From: Spirochaetia bacterium
GTDB taxonomy: Bacteria; Spirochaetota; Spirochaetia; SZUA-6; Bin103
Direction of reading: 5' to 3'
Assembly: GCA_965203905.1 (NCBI GenBank)
Contig: CBDBDQ010000005.1
Location: 5,760,001-5,824,000 of the forward strand
Length of the DNA: 64,000 nt
Shown: positions 40,106-50,618 of the stretch, one piece after another
How the letters are laid out: every line of letters starts with the position of its first letter
Numbering within the stretch: position 1 is the stretch's first letter
The notes under the pieces: model-generated
The model's database searches: none
What the model was told of the DNA's origin: nothing
What the model saw: the letters and a program-made list of their open reading frames with translations, nothing else
Position numbers and translations under genes: made by a program

Positions 40106-40303
40106 ACCGATGGAGTGTCATTTTAAGTCTATACAACGCTTGGGAACGCAAATTCATGCTCTACAATACTTTGCGTAAGATTCAGCATGGGCGGCGAGGG
40201 CCAGTGAGGTTTCCAAGTTGTTGACCGGCACGGATCGAACGGACCACACTCGCCTCCGCAGAAGTCTTCGACTGATAGTCGGATCCCATGTAATTGTGAA
40301 GCG

Positions 40304-42166
40304 ATGATCTACAGAATCATGCGGCACAGCACCGCCGGGCTGCTGGCGGCGGTACTCTTGCTCTTTGGGGCGGCCGTGGTGCCGGCGGACGATGCCCCGG
40401 GAGTGGCGTGGCGCTTGGTGCGAGGCGGTGGCGGATTGACCTCCGCTAAGGGAACAACCGGCATGGACCTGCGGGGCGTCGCTTCGAACGGCGAAATCTA
40501 CGTCGCGGTTGGAGCTGCGGGAACCATCGCCCACAGCAGCGACGGCAACCGCTGGGTCGAGGCAAGCAGCTTCGGCGCTACCGAAAACTGGCTCAATGAC
40601 GTCGCCTGGGGTAACGACCGCTTCGTGGCAGTCGGCGACTACACCATCATTCACAGCAACGATGGCGATCTCTGGCAGTCGGCGAGACGAGTCGATTGGT
40701 ACAGTTTGGTGAGTGTTGCCTGGGGCAACGGGCGCTTCGTCGCGGTCGGCGACGACGGCACGGTAGTGCTCAGCGACGACGGCATCCATTGGCGAGAAGC
40801 ACGGGAACGCGTTGCCCACGCCAACCTTAGCAGCATCGCTTGGGGTGGCCATCGGTTCGTTGCGGTCGGAGACGCTGGCATTATCGTGCATAGCGAGGAT
40901 GGAGACCGCTGGCATCCGGCAGGAGACACCGCCACCTCGACTGCGCTCTACGGCGTCGCCTGGAGTGGTAAACGGTTCGTGGCAGTCGGCGGCGACAACC
41001 TCCTGCACAGCAGCGATGGCGAACGCTGGCAGCCGGTCAGTAGCTTGGCAGGCGGAGACTCCGGATGGCTTCACGATGTCGCGTGGAGCGGAGGGCGCTT
41101 CGTGGCGGTTGGCGACTATGCGATCCTGTACAGCAGCGACGGTGATCGCTGGCAGCCGGCGACCACGCACATCGACACCCCACTCACCGGTGTCGCCGGG
41201 AGCGCCGCAGGATTCGTGGCCGTCGGCTGGGGCGGGACGATCCTGCACAGCAGCGACGGGATCCGCTGGGATGCCGCAACCGAGGTTGGCGACGGCGTTC
41301 CTCTTCCCGATCTCGATGGTGTCGCCTGGAGTGGTGAACGGTTCGTGGCCGTCAGCGGCAGGACCGACTCCATCGTGCACAGTCTGGACGGGGAGCACTG
41401 GCAGGAAGCAGCGGCGGCGATGCCCCTGTACGGTCTGAGTGGCGTCGCGTGGGCCGGCGACCGGTTCGTGGCCGCCGGCCACTCGATAGGACTCAGCGAA
41501 GATGGTATCCGGTGGCGCAACTCGCGCATGTGGGTGCACGGTGACCTCACCGCGGTGGCATGGAATGGAGAACTCCACGTAGCGGTAGGCCACGAGGGGG
41601 TGATCCTACACAGCGACAACGGAGACTGGTGGTCACCGGCTGCCGACAGCGCAACCGCGGAGACCCTGACCGACGTAGCCTGGAATGGCGAACGCTTCGT
41701 CGCTGTAGGCCACCACGGCGCCATCGTGCATAGCAGCGACGGTGATCACTGGCAGCCAGCGAGCGAGCCCGCCGTGCCGTTCCGGGCCGCACGCCCGGAT
41801 GACGCCCCGCACCGGGTCTACTACAGCTTCAGCGGGATCGTCTGGAACGGCGAGCGCTTCGTCGCGGTCGGATGGGGAGGTAATGACAACTTAGGCGCGG
41901 TGGTGCACAGCAGCGATGGTGATCGCTGGGAGTTGGCCGCCGATCACGACCACCTCGCCGACGAGCACTTCAACGCGATCGCGTGGAGCGGCAAACTGTT
42001 CGTGGCGGTCAGCTACTTCGATGGCACGATCATGCTCAGTACGGACGGCGACCGTTGGGAGCGGACCACTGAGATTGCGACCGTCGACACCCTGGAAGAC
42101 ATCACCTGGGGCAACGGGCGCTTCGTGGCGGTGGGACGCAACGGAACCATCGTCGTCAGTCCGTGA
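40304..42166 (+). CDS. Secreted beta-propeller repeat protein (BNR/YVTN-like)
   Basis: Signal-peptide-like N-terminus; about 14 repeats of L.xVAW.G.RFVAVG..G.I.HS.DG..W. Confidence 0.8.
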   Translation: MIYRIMRHSTAGLLAAVLLLFGAAVVPADDAPGVAWRLVRGGGGLTSAKGTTGMDLRGVASNGEIYVAVGAAGTIAHSSDGNRWVEASSFGATENWLNDVAWGNDRFVAVGDYTIIHSNDGDLWQSARRVDWYSLVSVAWGNGRFVAVGDDGTVVLSDDGIHWREARERVAHANLSSIAWGGHRFVAVGDAGIIVHSEDGDRWHPAGDTATSTALYGVAWSGKRFVAVGGDNLLHSSDGERWQPVSSLAGGDSGWLHDVAWSGGRFVAVGDYAILYSSDGDRWQPATTHIDTPLTGVAGSAAGFVAVGWGGTILHSSDGIRWDAATEVGDGVPLPDLDGVAWSGERFVAVSGRTDSIVHSLDGEHWQEAAAAMPLYGLSGVAWAGDRFVAAGHSIGLSEDGIRWRNSRMWVHGDLTAVAWNGELHVAVGHEGVILHSDNGDWWSPAADSATAETLTDVAWNGERFVAVGHHGAIVHSSDGDHWQPASEPAVPFRAARPDDAPHRVYYSFSGIVWNGERFVAVGWGGNDNLGAVVHSSDGDRWELAADHDHLADEHFNAIAWSGKLFVAVSYFDGTIMLSTDGDRWERTTEIATVDTLEDITWGNGRFVAVGRNGTIVVSP

Positions 42167-42252
42167 CTGCGCCGCGAGTTGGACGAGGACGCCGCGGCGC
42201 CAGCCAAGGATGGTGACGTCCGTACGACCGGCCACCGCTGGGAGGACGAACG

Positions 42253-43356
42253 ATGACACTCGTCAGAATGCTGCGATGCATTGCAGCCACGCTGCTGGCA
42301 TCGGTGGCCGTGGGCACGGTCTTCGCGCACGACACCGAAAGCATGGAAGATCTCACCCGCGCCGCCGAGCGCGGGGATGCGGAGTCCCAATTCGACCTGG
42401 GATTCATGTACGCGACGGGCTTCGGCGACTTCGAATCTGACAGCGCCGAGGCGCTCACTTGGTATCGCCGGGCGGCCGAACAGGGACTCGCCCAGGCTCA
42501 AAGCGTCCTGGGCGGTATGTACGCGCGGGGCGACATCCTGGAGCAAGACTTCACCCAGGCTGCGACTTGGTGCCTGCTTGGCGCCGAACAGGATGACGCC
42601 GAGGGGCAGCTCTGCATGGCCTTGTTGTATGCCGGCGGCTGCGGCGTCGAGCAGGACTATGCGGAATCCGCCCGGTGGTATCTCCTGGCCGCCAACCAGG
42701 GGACCGGGGAGGCTCAGGCCAGACTCGGCGACATGTACGCCAATGGTGAGGGTGGTGTCCAGCGGGATCCCGTCGAAGCGGACAAGTGGTACCGGCGAGC
42801 CGTTGAGCCGGGCACCTACCACTCCACGAAGGTGGCCGGTGTCGAAATCTTCTCCGGTCGGCATCTCTTGTTCCACCTCTTCGTGCTTGCCAGGCTGTAC
42901 CAGAACGGTATCGGCATTCCCCATAATGACGTCGCGGCATACAAGTGGCTCGACATCAAGAACCGCCTGCTGTCCGACGGGTCTGGCACGATGACTTCGG
43001 AGGGCACGCCGCCGGAACTCGACAATCTGGCGAAGAGAATGACAAGCGAACAGGTGGCTGAGGCGCAGCGCGCGGCCGATGCGTTTCTCGCAACCTACCG
43101 GATCGACTCGTACGAGGTCTGGCGCCGTATGGCCAGCATGAGGTCTTTGCCAAAGGAGGCACGGGTAAAGCGTGTGTCGAGAGCGCTCTATCCCGTGGCC
43201 CGTTTGGGGTATCCGGTGGCTCGTTGGTGGTGGCGGACTCGATCTGCCGTTCGCGCGAGGATCTCTCCTCCCGTCATCCCTGAGGCCCCGATGACGACTG
43301 GGAGCCGCGGCACGCCGGCGTGCAGAGCCGCCACGACCAGCTCCATAAACAGGTGA
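42253..43356 (+). CDS. Sel1-repeat protein
   Basis: Signal-like N-terminus; repeated AAE.G.A.AQ..LG.MY..G.....A..WY; terminal MTSEQVAEAQR motif. Confidence 0.82.
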   Translation: MTLVRMLRCIAATLLASVAVGTVFAHDTESMEDLTRAAERGDAESQFDLGFMYATGFGDFESDSAEALTWYRRAAEQGLAQAQSVLGGMYARGDILEQDFTQAATWCLLGAEQDDAEGQLCMALLYAGGCGVEQDYAESARWYLLAANQGTGEAQARLGDMYANGEGGVQRDPVEADKWYRRAVEPGTYHSTKVAGVEIFSGRHLLFHLFVLARLYQNGIGIPHNDVAAYKWLDIKNRLLSDGSGTMTSEGTPPELDNLAKRMTSEQVAEAQRAADAFLATYRIDSYEVWRRMASMRSLPKEARVKRVSRALYPVARLGYPVARWWWRTRSAVRARISPPVIPEAPMTTGSRGTPACRAATTSSINR

Positions 43357-43562
43357 GAGGAGATCCGCCACGCGGCAGGGTGGGAAGCGTCTGGCGCGCG
43401 TGAGGCGATCGCCGAACGGCTGGTACGGCCGCGCATTGGTGGCCCACGTGCAGGTGAAGCGCGTTCGCCTTTAGCTCGCCTGGGAGATCCCGCGGTTGAC
43501 CGGCGGCGGAAAAACATCGACGATTGGGCAGCGTCCGACTCGCAGAACACGGAGGTATCGAA

Positions 43563-44696
43563 ATGCCAATGACCGGCACGGCGCCGATCGCGGCTCCCGG
43601 CTGGACGGCGCAGAAGGAGACCGGCGTCCGCATCGTGGACTGCGACGTCCACCACAGCTTCGAGAGCCCCGAGCAGCTCCTCCCCTACCTGTCCAAGTTC
43701 TACCAGGAGCACCTGTACGACCAGGGGCTGCACTTCGCCGGCGGCGGCTACCCCAACACCCCGTTCCGCAAGACGCGCAACGACCTCAAGGACCCCGACC
43801 TCAAGCGGCGCGACTTCAACTTCAGCCTGGAGTTCACGCAGCGGGAGTTACTGGATCGCTGGAACATCGACGTGGCCCTGTTGACCGGGTCTCCTTCCGA
43901 CATCTACGGGGCGGCCGGCGTGGCCGACCCCGACTGGGGCGCCGCGCTGTGCCGGGCGTTCAACGATTACACCATCGAGCACTGGCTGGAGCGCGACGAA
44001 CGGGTGGTGCAGGCGATCCTGGTGGCGCCCACCGACCCGGCGCAGGCGGTGGCCGAGATCAGGCGTCTCGCGGGGCGCAAGGACACGGCCGCCGTGCACA
44101 TACCGATGAACACCGCCATGCCGTTCGGCAACCGCTTCTACCACCCGATCTGGGAAGCGTGCGCCGAGCACGGCCTGCCGGTGGTGTCGCACATCGGCGG
44201 CTCCGGTCCCAGCGGCAACACCATGACCCCGGTGGGTTATCCCACCTACTACATGGAGACGCGCATGGCGCGGCCGATGGCGGCCAGCGCGCAGGCGGCG
44301 TCGCTGATATGCGAAGGGGTGTTCGAGAAGTTTCCGACGCTGAAGTTCGCCATGATCGAGGTGCAGCAGCTCTGGGCGGTGTCGGTGATGTGGCACATGG
44401 ACTTCGACTGGAGGGCGATCCGCGACCAGACCCCCTGGCTCAAGCGGCTGCCCAGCGAGTACTTCCGCGACCACATCCGGGTCGGCACCCAGCCGATGCA
44501 CGAGCCGGAGCGTCCCGAACAGTTGCAGCAGATGCTGGAGATGCTGCACGCCGATGAGACGCTGGTGTTCTGCAGCGACTTCCCCCACTTCGACCAGAAT
44601 GACCCGGTGACGGTGCTGCCCGGCATCTCCGACCACATGCGCCGGCGCATCTTCTGCGACAACGGGCTGGAGATGCTGCGCATGCCCGAGGCGTAG
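43563..44696 (+). CDS. Amidohydrolase_2 family protein (possible AibH/PtmU3-like oxygenase)
   Basis: GGAGG RBS; VDCDVH, AFNDY, YHPIWEAC, EGVFEKFP.LK, LPSEY and SDFPHFD motifs. Confidence 0.82.
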   Translation: MPMTGTAPIAAPGWTAQKETGVRIVDCDVHHSFESPEQLLPYLSKFYQEHLYDQGLHFAGGGYPNTPFRKTRNDLKDPDLKRRDFNFSLEFTQRELLDRWNIDVALLTGSPSDIYGAAGVADPDWGAALCRAFNDYTIEHWLERDERVVQAILVAPTDPAQAVAEIRRLAGRKDTAAVHIPMNTAMPFGNRFYHPIWEACAEHGLPVVSHIGGSGPSGNTMTPVGYPTYYMETRMARPMAASAQAASLICEGVFEKFPTLKFAMIEVQQLWAVSVMWHMDFDWRAIRDQTPWLKRLPSEYFRDHIRVGTQPMHEPERPEQLQQMLEMLHADETLVFCSDFPHFDQNDPVTVLPGISDHMRRRIFCDNGLEMLRMPEA

Positions 44697-44698
44697 CG

Positions 44699-45103
44699 GT
44701 GGCGGCCGGCGCCAACGGACGGGCGCGCCGGGTCGTCGTCGGCAAGGTGGCGGAGATCCCGGTGGGCGGCCGCAAGCTGGTGGTGCCGTTCCGGGGCCGC
44801 GCCGGGATCGGCGTGTTCAACGTCAAGGGCACCTTCTACGCGCTGCGCAACATCTGCCCGCACAACCTGGGACCCCTGTGCACCGGCCACGTCAGCGGCC
44901 GCTTCGTCGCCAGCGGCCCGCCTTCAAGCGCCGGTGCCACGCTGGCCATGGACCGCGACGGCGAGATCCTGCGCTGTCCGTGGCACAACTGGGCGTTCGA
45001 CATCACCGACGGAAGCTGCCTCGGGGACCCACGGCTGCGGGTAAAGACCTACCCGGTCGCAGTCGAGGGCGACGACCTGGTCGTCGAGTACGCCGACGAG
45101 TGA
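44699..45103 (+). CDS. Rieske 2Fe-2S ferredoxin
   Basis: CPH and CPWH cluster ligands. Confidence 0.88.
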   Translation: MAAGANGRARRVVVGKVAEIPVGGRKLVVPFRGRAGIGVFNVKGTFYALRNICPHNLGPLCTGHVSGRFVASGPPSSAGATLAMDRDGEILRCPWHNWAFDITDGSCLGDPRLRVKTYPVAVEGDDLVVEYADE

Positions 45104-45180
45104 GCGTCAGCGCCGGCGATTGACAACCTCGCGAGTGTCTGCCACAAGAGTCGGGTGCTGCTTCCGTGAGGAGGCCCGCA

Positions 45181-45426
45181 ATGCACATTCGGTACGACTC
45201 CGAGGCTGATGTGATTTTTCTTTCGCTTCGAGCAGCGGCAGGAGGGGAAGCCGGGGGCAAGCGGCTCGACGAAGGGCGGATCGCCCATCTCGATCAAGCT
45301 GGCCAAATCTTCGCTTATGAGTTCCTGGGTGTCAGTCGAGGCGTTTCACTCACGGGAATCGACAGGGACGATGCCGACCAGATTCGCGAATCGATCAGGC
45401 CGCTCGTCCAGCTCGCGGTCGGGTAG
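45181..45426 (+). CDS. DUF2283-like small protein
   Basis: MHIRYDSEADVIFLSL..D..G.I...E pattern; GAGGAGG RBS. Confidence 0.65.
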   Translation: MHIRYDSEADVIFLSLRAAAGGEAGGKRLDEGRIAHLDQAGQIFAYEFLGVSRGVSLTGIDRDDADQIRESIRPLVQLAVG

Positions 45427-45446
45427 GTGCAGGAGACGATAATTCC

Positions 45447-47057
45447 ATGTTGAGCCGTGAGCTGCAGATAGAGCAGCGGTACCTGATCCTGCCGGTGCGG
45501 CGGCGGCCGGCCACCGGAATCCTGCGGCAGGCGGCCGGGCACATGCGCCTGCGCGCGGGCGACGAGGTGGTGCGTCACTTCGACATCGACCTGGCCGACG
45601 GGGCCGGCGACTACCAGGTGTTCAGCGACCTGGAGCCGTTCCTGGGGCGGCGGCTCACCGTGGAGTTCGAGGGCTCCGGCGCGGCGTCGCTGGCCGGGTT
45701 GCGCCTGGCGGCGGAGCCGGTGCCCGCTGCCGGGCTGTACCGCGAGCGCCTGCGGCCGCAGTTCCACTTCTCCTCCCGGCGCGGCTGGAACAACGACCCC
45801 AACGGCCTGTTCTGGTATGGCGGCGAGTATCACCTGCTCTACCAGCACAATCCCTACAGCGTCGAGTGGGGAAACCTGCACTGGGGGCATGCCGTGAGCC
45901 GCGACCTGGTGCACTGGACCGAGCTGCCGGTGGCCCTGTACCCCGACGAGTTGGGCGCCATGTCCACCGGTTGCGCCGTCGTGGACTACGAAAACACCTC
46001 CGGGCTGGGGAGTCCGGGCGCGCCCGCGGTGGTCGCTATCTACACCGCGGGCCACGCCTCCTGGACCCCGGGATTCGTGCAGTGCCTGGCGATCTCCACC
46101 GACGGCGGCGCCACCTGGAGCAAGTACGATGGCAACCCGGTGATCGACCACATCGTCCACCGCAACCGCGATCCCAAGGTGATCTGGCACCCCGAGAGCG
46201 AGCGCTGGGTGATGGTGCTGTACCTGGACGGCTTCGACTACGCGATCTTCACCTCGCCCAACCTGTTGCAGTGGGAGCGCACCAGCGACCTGGAACTGCC
46301 GCGTTGCACCGAGTGCCCGGAGCTGTTTCCGCTGCCGCTGGACGGGGAGACGAAGTGGGTATTCTGGGGCGCCAACAGTTCCTACCTGGTGGGCTCCTTC
46401 GACGGCCGCACCTTCCACCCGGAGCAGGCGCCGCGCAAGCTGCAGCCGGACGGCAACGGCTACGCCGCCCAGACCTTTAGCGACGTGCCGCCCGAAGATG
46501 GCCGGCGGGTGCAGATCGCCTGGCTCAGGCAGCAGATGCCGGGGATGCCGTTCGGCCAGTGCATGACCATTCCGCACAGCCTGGGGCTGCAGCGCCGCGG
46601 CGGCCAGGTGCTGCTGACCGCGGCCCCGGTGCGCGAGCTGGAGCGCCTGCGGGCGGAGACCTGGGAGATCGCGGATACGGAGATAACGCCGGCGCGGCCG
46701 CTCCAGGCCGAGGTGAGCGGCGAGCTGCTGGACGTGGAGGCGGAGCTGGAGCTGGGCTCGGCCGACTGCGTGGGCGTGGTGGTGCGCGGCGTGCCGGTGT
46801 TCTACGACCGGCGCCTGGGCGCGCTGTGCTGCGGCGGCTACACGGTGCCGCTGCCGGCTCCCGAGGGTCCGTTCAAGTGGCGAATCCTGGCCGACCGCGC
46901 CTCGCTGGAGCTGTACGCGGACGATGGCGCGGTGACCATTGCCGCGGGCATCATCCTGCCGGAGTGGGAGACCGCGGTACGGCTGGTGGCCGTCGGCGGC
47001 AACGCGGTGGCGCGGCGGGTGACGGTGGCGCGGCTGCGGTCGGCGTGGTCGGTATGA
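45447..47057 (+). CDS. GH32 glycoside hydrolase (levanase/fructanase-like)
   Basis: WNNDPNG, WGHAVS, RDPKV, ECP and YAAQT motifs. Confidence 0.9.
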   Translation: MLSRELQIEQRYLILPVRRRPATGILRQAAGHMRLRAGDEVVRHFDIDLADGAGDYQVFSDLEPFLGRRLTVEFEGSGAASLAGLRLAAEPVPAAGLYRERLRPQFHFSSRRGWNNDPNGLFWYGGEYHLLYQHNPYSVEWGNLHWGHAVSRDLVHWTELPVALYPDELGAMSTGCAVVDYENTSGLGSPGAPAVVAIYTAGHASWTPGFVQCLAISTDGGATWSKYDGNPVIDHIVHRNRDPKVIWHPESERWVMVLYLDGFDYAIFTSPNLLQWERTSDLELPRCTECPELFPLPLDGETKWVFWGANSSYLVGSFDGRTFHPEQAPRKLQPDGNGYAAQTFSDVPPEDGRRVQIAWLRQQMPGMPFGQCMTIPHSLGLQRRGGQVLLTAAPVRELERLRAETWEIADTEITPARPLQAEVSGELLDVEAELELGSADCVGVVVRGVPVFYDRRLGALCCGGYTVPLPAPEGPFKWRILADRASLELYADDGAVTIAAGIILPEWETAVRLVAVGGNAVARRVTVARLRSAWSV

Positions 47058-47878
47058 GCCTCTCGGTGACCCCGATCGCGGGGGCCCTCGGCGCAGAGGT
47101 CGCCGGCGTGGACCTGGGCCGCTCGCTGGACGCCGCCACCGTGGCGGAGATCAGGCAGGCGCTCCTGGAGCACCTGGTGATTTTCTTTCCCGCGCAGGAG
47201 CTGACCCCGAAATCGCTGCTGGCGTTTGCCCGGTGCCTTGGAGAACCCCTCGCCTACCCCCAGTTGCAGGGCCTGCCGGAGGAGCCGCTGGTGACCGCGG
47301 TCACCAAGCTGGAGCACGAGCGCGTCGCCTTCGGCGGCGTGTGGCACACCGACACCAGCTACCTGGAGCAGCCGCCGCTGGGCAGCCTGCTGTACGCGGT
47401 GGAGCTGCCACCCTACGGCGGCGACACCCTGTTCGCCAACCAGTACCTGGCCTACGAGCGGCTCTCCGAGGGACTGCAGAGAACCCTCGCCGGGCTCACT
47501 GCCGTATACACCTCCACCAAGCCGGCGGTGGCCGCGACGCGCGAGGACCGGCTGCGCGAGCGCGGGGTGAAGGCGAAGGTGCTCACCAGCGAGCACCCGG
47601 TGGTCCGCACCCACCCGGAAACCGGCCGCAAGGCGCTGTACGTCAACCGCGGGCACACCTCGCACTTCAAGGGCTGGAGCGAAGCGGAGAGCGAGTCGCT
47701 ATTGGAGTACCTGTTCCAGCACCAGGTGGCGCCGGAATTCACCTGCCGCTACCGCTGGCAGCCCGGCTCCCTGGCGGTCTGGGACAACCGCTGCACCCAG
47801 CACCTCCCGATCAACGACTACGACGGCTTCCGCCGCGTGATGCACCGCGTCACGCTGGCCGGCGACCGGCCTGCCTGA
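47054..47878 (+). CDS. TauD/TfdA family dioxygenase
   Basis: WHTD, GGDT, HPVVRTHPETGRK and WDNRCTQH motifs. Confidence 0.9.
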   Translation: MSLSVTPIAGALGAEVAGVDLGRSLDAATVAEIRQALLEHLVIFFPAQELTPKSLLAFARCLGEPLAYPQLQGLPEEPLVTAVTKLEHERVAFGGVWHTDTSYLEQPPLGSLLYAVELPPYGGDTLFANQYLAYERLSEGLQRTLAGLTAVYTSTKPAVAATREDRLRERGVKAKVLTSEHPVVRTHPETGRKALYVNRGHTSHFKGWSEAESESLLEYLFQHQVAPEFTCRYRWQPGSLAVWDNRCTQHLPINDYDGFRRVMHRVTLAGDRPA

Positions 47879-48174
47879 CCATAGGTCGGCCAACCCGCAG
47901 GGTGGCCGGGCACACTTTCGAGTCGACCGGTCCGCTTGACAATCGTTCAAGCGTTGGTAAGCGAACTCGTTGGACGTCACCACCCGTGCGCCGACAGTTC
48001 CCATCCTTGGCAGCCCGGCACGGTACATCGGATCAGCATCACTTTCTCCCATAGACTCTCAACTCTCGACGGCCTGTTGGTCTTTCTGGATTTCATGTTT
48101 ACTATGGCTCACGATTACAAATTGCACGCGACACGAGAGTACATCAGAAATTAGATCAGCATGGAGGAACGAAA

Positions 48175-48744
48175 ATGACGAACAGGGACACCCTCAGGGA
48201 AGACATCGCATACGTCCGCGACGCGACGAGTCGAGCGAGTGCAACCACGGTCCCGTCGATCCATCTTCTGTGGGCGGCAATCGGATTGTGCGGCTTCGTG
48301 CTGGTCGATTTCGTGGAAGACTCCCGCTGGATCGGGGTTTTCTGGTTGCTGGCAGGTCCCGGGGGCGCGATCCTTTCTATGTGGCTCGGTTTTCGCGCGC
48401 AGCGTCAGGTCGGACAATTCGATCGGCGTAGCGGTAGTCGGTTGGGTCTGCACTGGCTCGCGTTTCTCGTGGCTGGGGTGCTTGGGTTGGCGCTAGTCCT
48501 TTCGGGGCACCTCGATTGGCCGGGATTCGGCTCACTGATGGTGCTGCTCCTGAGTTTGACCTACTTCCACGTAGGCATACAGTTAGACCGCCGGCTCTTG
48601 CCGATCGCCACAGTTGCTGCGGTGTGCTACCTGGTCACCCTTATTGTGTCCGGGTACGAGTGGACCCTTGCCGGCGTCGCAATGGCGTCCGCGCTCGTCT
48701 GGCAGGCCCGACTCGGGGCACAGACGCAAGATGTTGCGCACTGA
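48175..48744 (+). CDS. Hypothetical membrane protein
   Basis: About 6 hydrophobic segments; GGAGG RBS; overlaps the downstream wHTH gene. Confidence 0.7.
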   Translation: MTNRDTLREDIAYVRDATSRASATTVPSIHLLWAAIGLCGFVLVDFVEDSRWIGVFWLLAGPGGAILSMWLGFRAQRQVGQFDRRSGSRLGLHWLAFLVAGVLGLALVLSGHLDWPGFGSLMVLLLSLTYFHVGIQLDRRLLPIATVAAVCYLVTLIVSGYEWTLAGVAMASALVWQARLGAQTQDVAH

Positions 48745-49057
48745 TCCGGACATTCCAAGCCTCGACGAGTTGCGATCGTTAAATGGCTTGCTTGACCATC
48801 GGGTACGGCTGGCGATCTGCGTCTTGCTCTCCAAGCACGATGCCATGTCGTTTAGCCGGCTGAAGCAGGTACTTGAAGAGAAGGACGGTAGCCTCGGCAC
48901 TCATCTGCGCAAGCTGGAGGACGCCGGCTACCTGGTGATCGACAAAACCTACCGCGGCCGGCGACCCGTGACTTGGTATCAGCTTACCGGCGCTGGCCAG
49001 ACTCGACTGCAACGGCACATAACGAACCTGATGCGTCTTCTCGACCGCGCCCGCTGA
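48731..49057 (+). CDS. Winged-helix transcriptional regulator (HTH_34-like)
   Basis: HRVRLAICVLL..FSRLK..DGSLGTHLRKLEDAGY..TWYQLT..G. Confidence 0.8.
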   Translation: MLRTDPDIPSLDELRSLNGLLDHRVRLAICVLLSKHDAMSFSRLKQVLEEKDGSLGTHLRKLEDAGYLVIDKTYRGRRPVTWYQLTGAGQTRLQRHITNLMRLLDRAR

Positions 49058-49119
49058 GCCCCGCGGGGCGCGCTCGACGGCGACAACCTCGACGCTGTGC
49101 GCTGCCACCCCAGCTATCA

Positions 49120-50601
49120 CTACGGATAGGGGAGCGGATCCTTCGTCAGCTGGGCGAAACTCAAATCCTCATTCGACAAGCCCGCTAGCCTGCGGGCGAT
49201 CCGAAATCGAGGATGTCCCAGCAACGGCTGCGAGGGAAGAAAGGGTGCACATAGCTGAGGTATGAACACTTTGACCAGCTTCAGCTCTCGCCACTGTGAC
49301 GGAGTCAGATCGAACGCGATTGGCTCGACTTTATTGTGCGCCAGAATCTCCAACAGCCGGTCCAGCTTGTCGCCTACGGATAGCTCGACCACATCAGCAC
49401 CAGCTCGCTCACAGAGCTCCGAGAACTTTACGGACTCCGTGCCGTTCAGATACCAATCGAGCTTCTCGCGGTTGCTCAAGTGGCCGTAGTATCCGACTAC
49501 TTTGTAGAACAGGTCGAACTCGTCGAGTTCGGCGTCAGGCCTGACGCTGAACATCCTTCTCAGATTATATCCCAGTGGCTTGTCCGGAGCCAATATTCCC
49601 ATCCGCAACATTCGTTCACTCTGTCCGAATTCGCCCAACGTCTTGACCAACAACCGGTGTGGGCACAGGTCCGCCCCACCTCCCGCGTAGTATGAGAATT
49701 CATTGAAGTACGGCTCCACTCGAATCGCCGTAAACACCGGTACTTCGTGCAGATCAACGTTATGATAGTAGACCTGTGTCGGTACTGGCCAACGGTTCAG
49801 ATCCGCCACCAGCCGCGCGCACTCCTTGCTCTTTTCGAAGCCACCATCCAATTCCACTCGAAGCGGAGGAATGCCCGCGTACCACCGAACATTGACGGCG
49901 TCACGCTCAATCACCTCGGTGACTGCGTGGTAAATGGCATCCTGTATCGACACATGGCAGCTCAGTCCACCACTCTGCGAATACCCTATAGAGTCCTCGC
50001 CGCGGGTGAATACGTACCAGAAGTCCACCAACTGGGCCGGTACCGACACTGCTTCTCCGTCCAGCAGACTCTTGCCAACAACCCAAGCTACCCGCGAGTC
50101 CTCCGTAAACGGTTTGTACAGACCCTCAGGACTGTGCATATTGCACTGCTCCGGTGCGAACAACTTGATCTGGTTCGGAGTCAAGTGCCTCACCCCCTCG
50201 CGGTCCAACTCGTGCGCCGTAGCAAGCCGATAGTTCCCCAAACCATTCAGATGACAAAGTGAACCGACTACTCGCTCCACGCCCTCCCCCAGACTGGACA
50301 AAAACATGTCCGAAAGCAGAAATCCCTTGCCGCCGCCGTGGACGTTGGTGCCGACACCGGTATCCAGCGAAGGCATGGTCAACAATCGCGACAGCACGTG
50401 GTTCAGATCATATTGCTCGGCATGGCCGGAGCACACATGAAGCTGGCCATCGGCACCAAAGTACGACACCACACGAGTGATCGGACCGGTCGTCGGATTG
50501 AGCTGCGCGGTCAATTCGCCGATCGCTGTCCGCTGTCGACTACTCACCAGGTACGGCAGCAGTTCAGTCCCATTGTTAACGCCTCTTGATCGTAATTCCA
50601 T
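49120..50601 (-). CDS. YcaO cyclodehydratase (TOMM D protein, SagD-like)
   Basis: SSLGEGVER, SGGLSCH..EVIERDA ATP-binding motifs; Pro-rich C-terminus DPLPYP typical of azoline-forming YcaOs. Start is ATG 50601 or GTG 50607. Confidence 0.9.
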   Translation of the reverse strand: MELRSRGVNNGTELLPYLVSSRQRTAIGELTAQLNPTTGPITRVVSYFGADGQLHVCSGHAEQYDLNHVLSRLLTMPSLDTGVGTNVHGGGKGFLLSDMFLSSLGEGVERVVGSLCHLNGLGNYRLATAHELDREGVRHLTPNQIKLFAPEQCNMHSPEGLYKPFTEDSRVAWVVGKSLLDGEAVSVPAQLVDFWYVFTRGEDSIGYSQSGGLSCHVSIQDAIYHAVTEVIERDAVNVRWYAGIPPLRVELDGGFEKSKECARLVADLNRWPVPTQVYYHNVDLHEVPVFTAIRVEPYFNEFSYYAGGGADLCPHRLLVKTLGEFGQSERMLRMGILAPDKPLGYNLRRMFSVRPDAELDEFDLFYKVVGYYGHLSNREKLDWYLNGTESVKFSELCERAGADVVELSVGDKLDRLLEILAHNKVEPIAFDLTPSQWRELKLVKVFIPQLCAPFLPSQPLLGHPRFRIARRLAGLSNEDLSFAQLTKDPLPYP

Positions 50602-50618
50602 CTTCACAGTGTCGCCAC

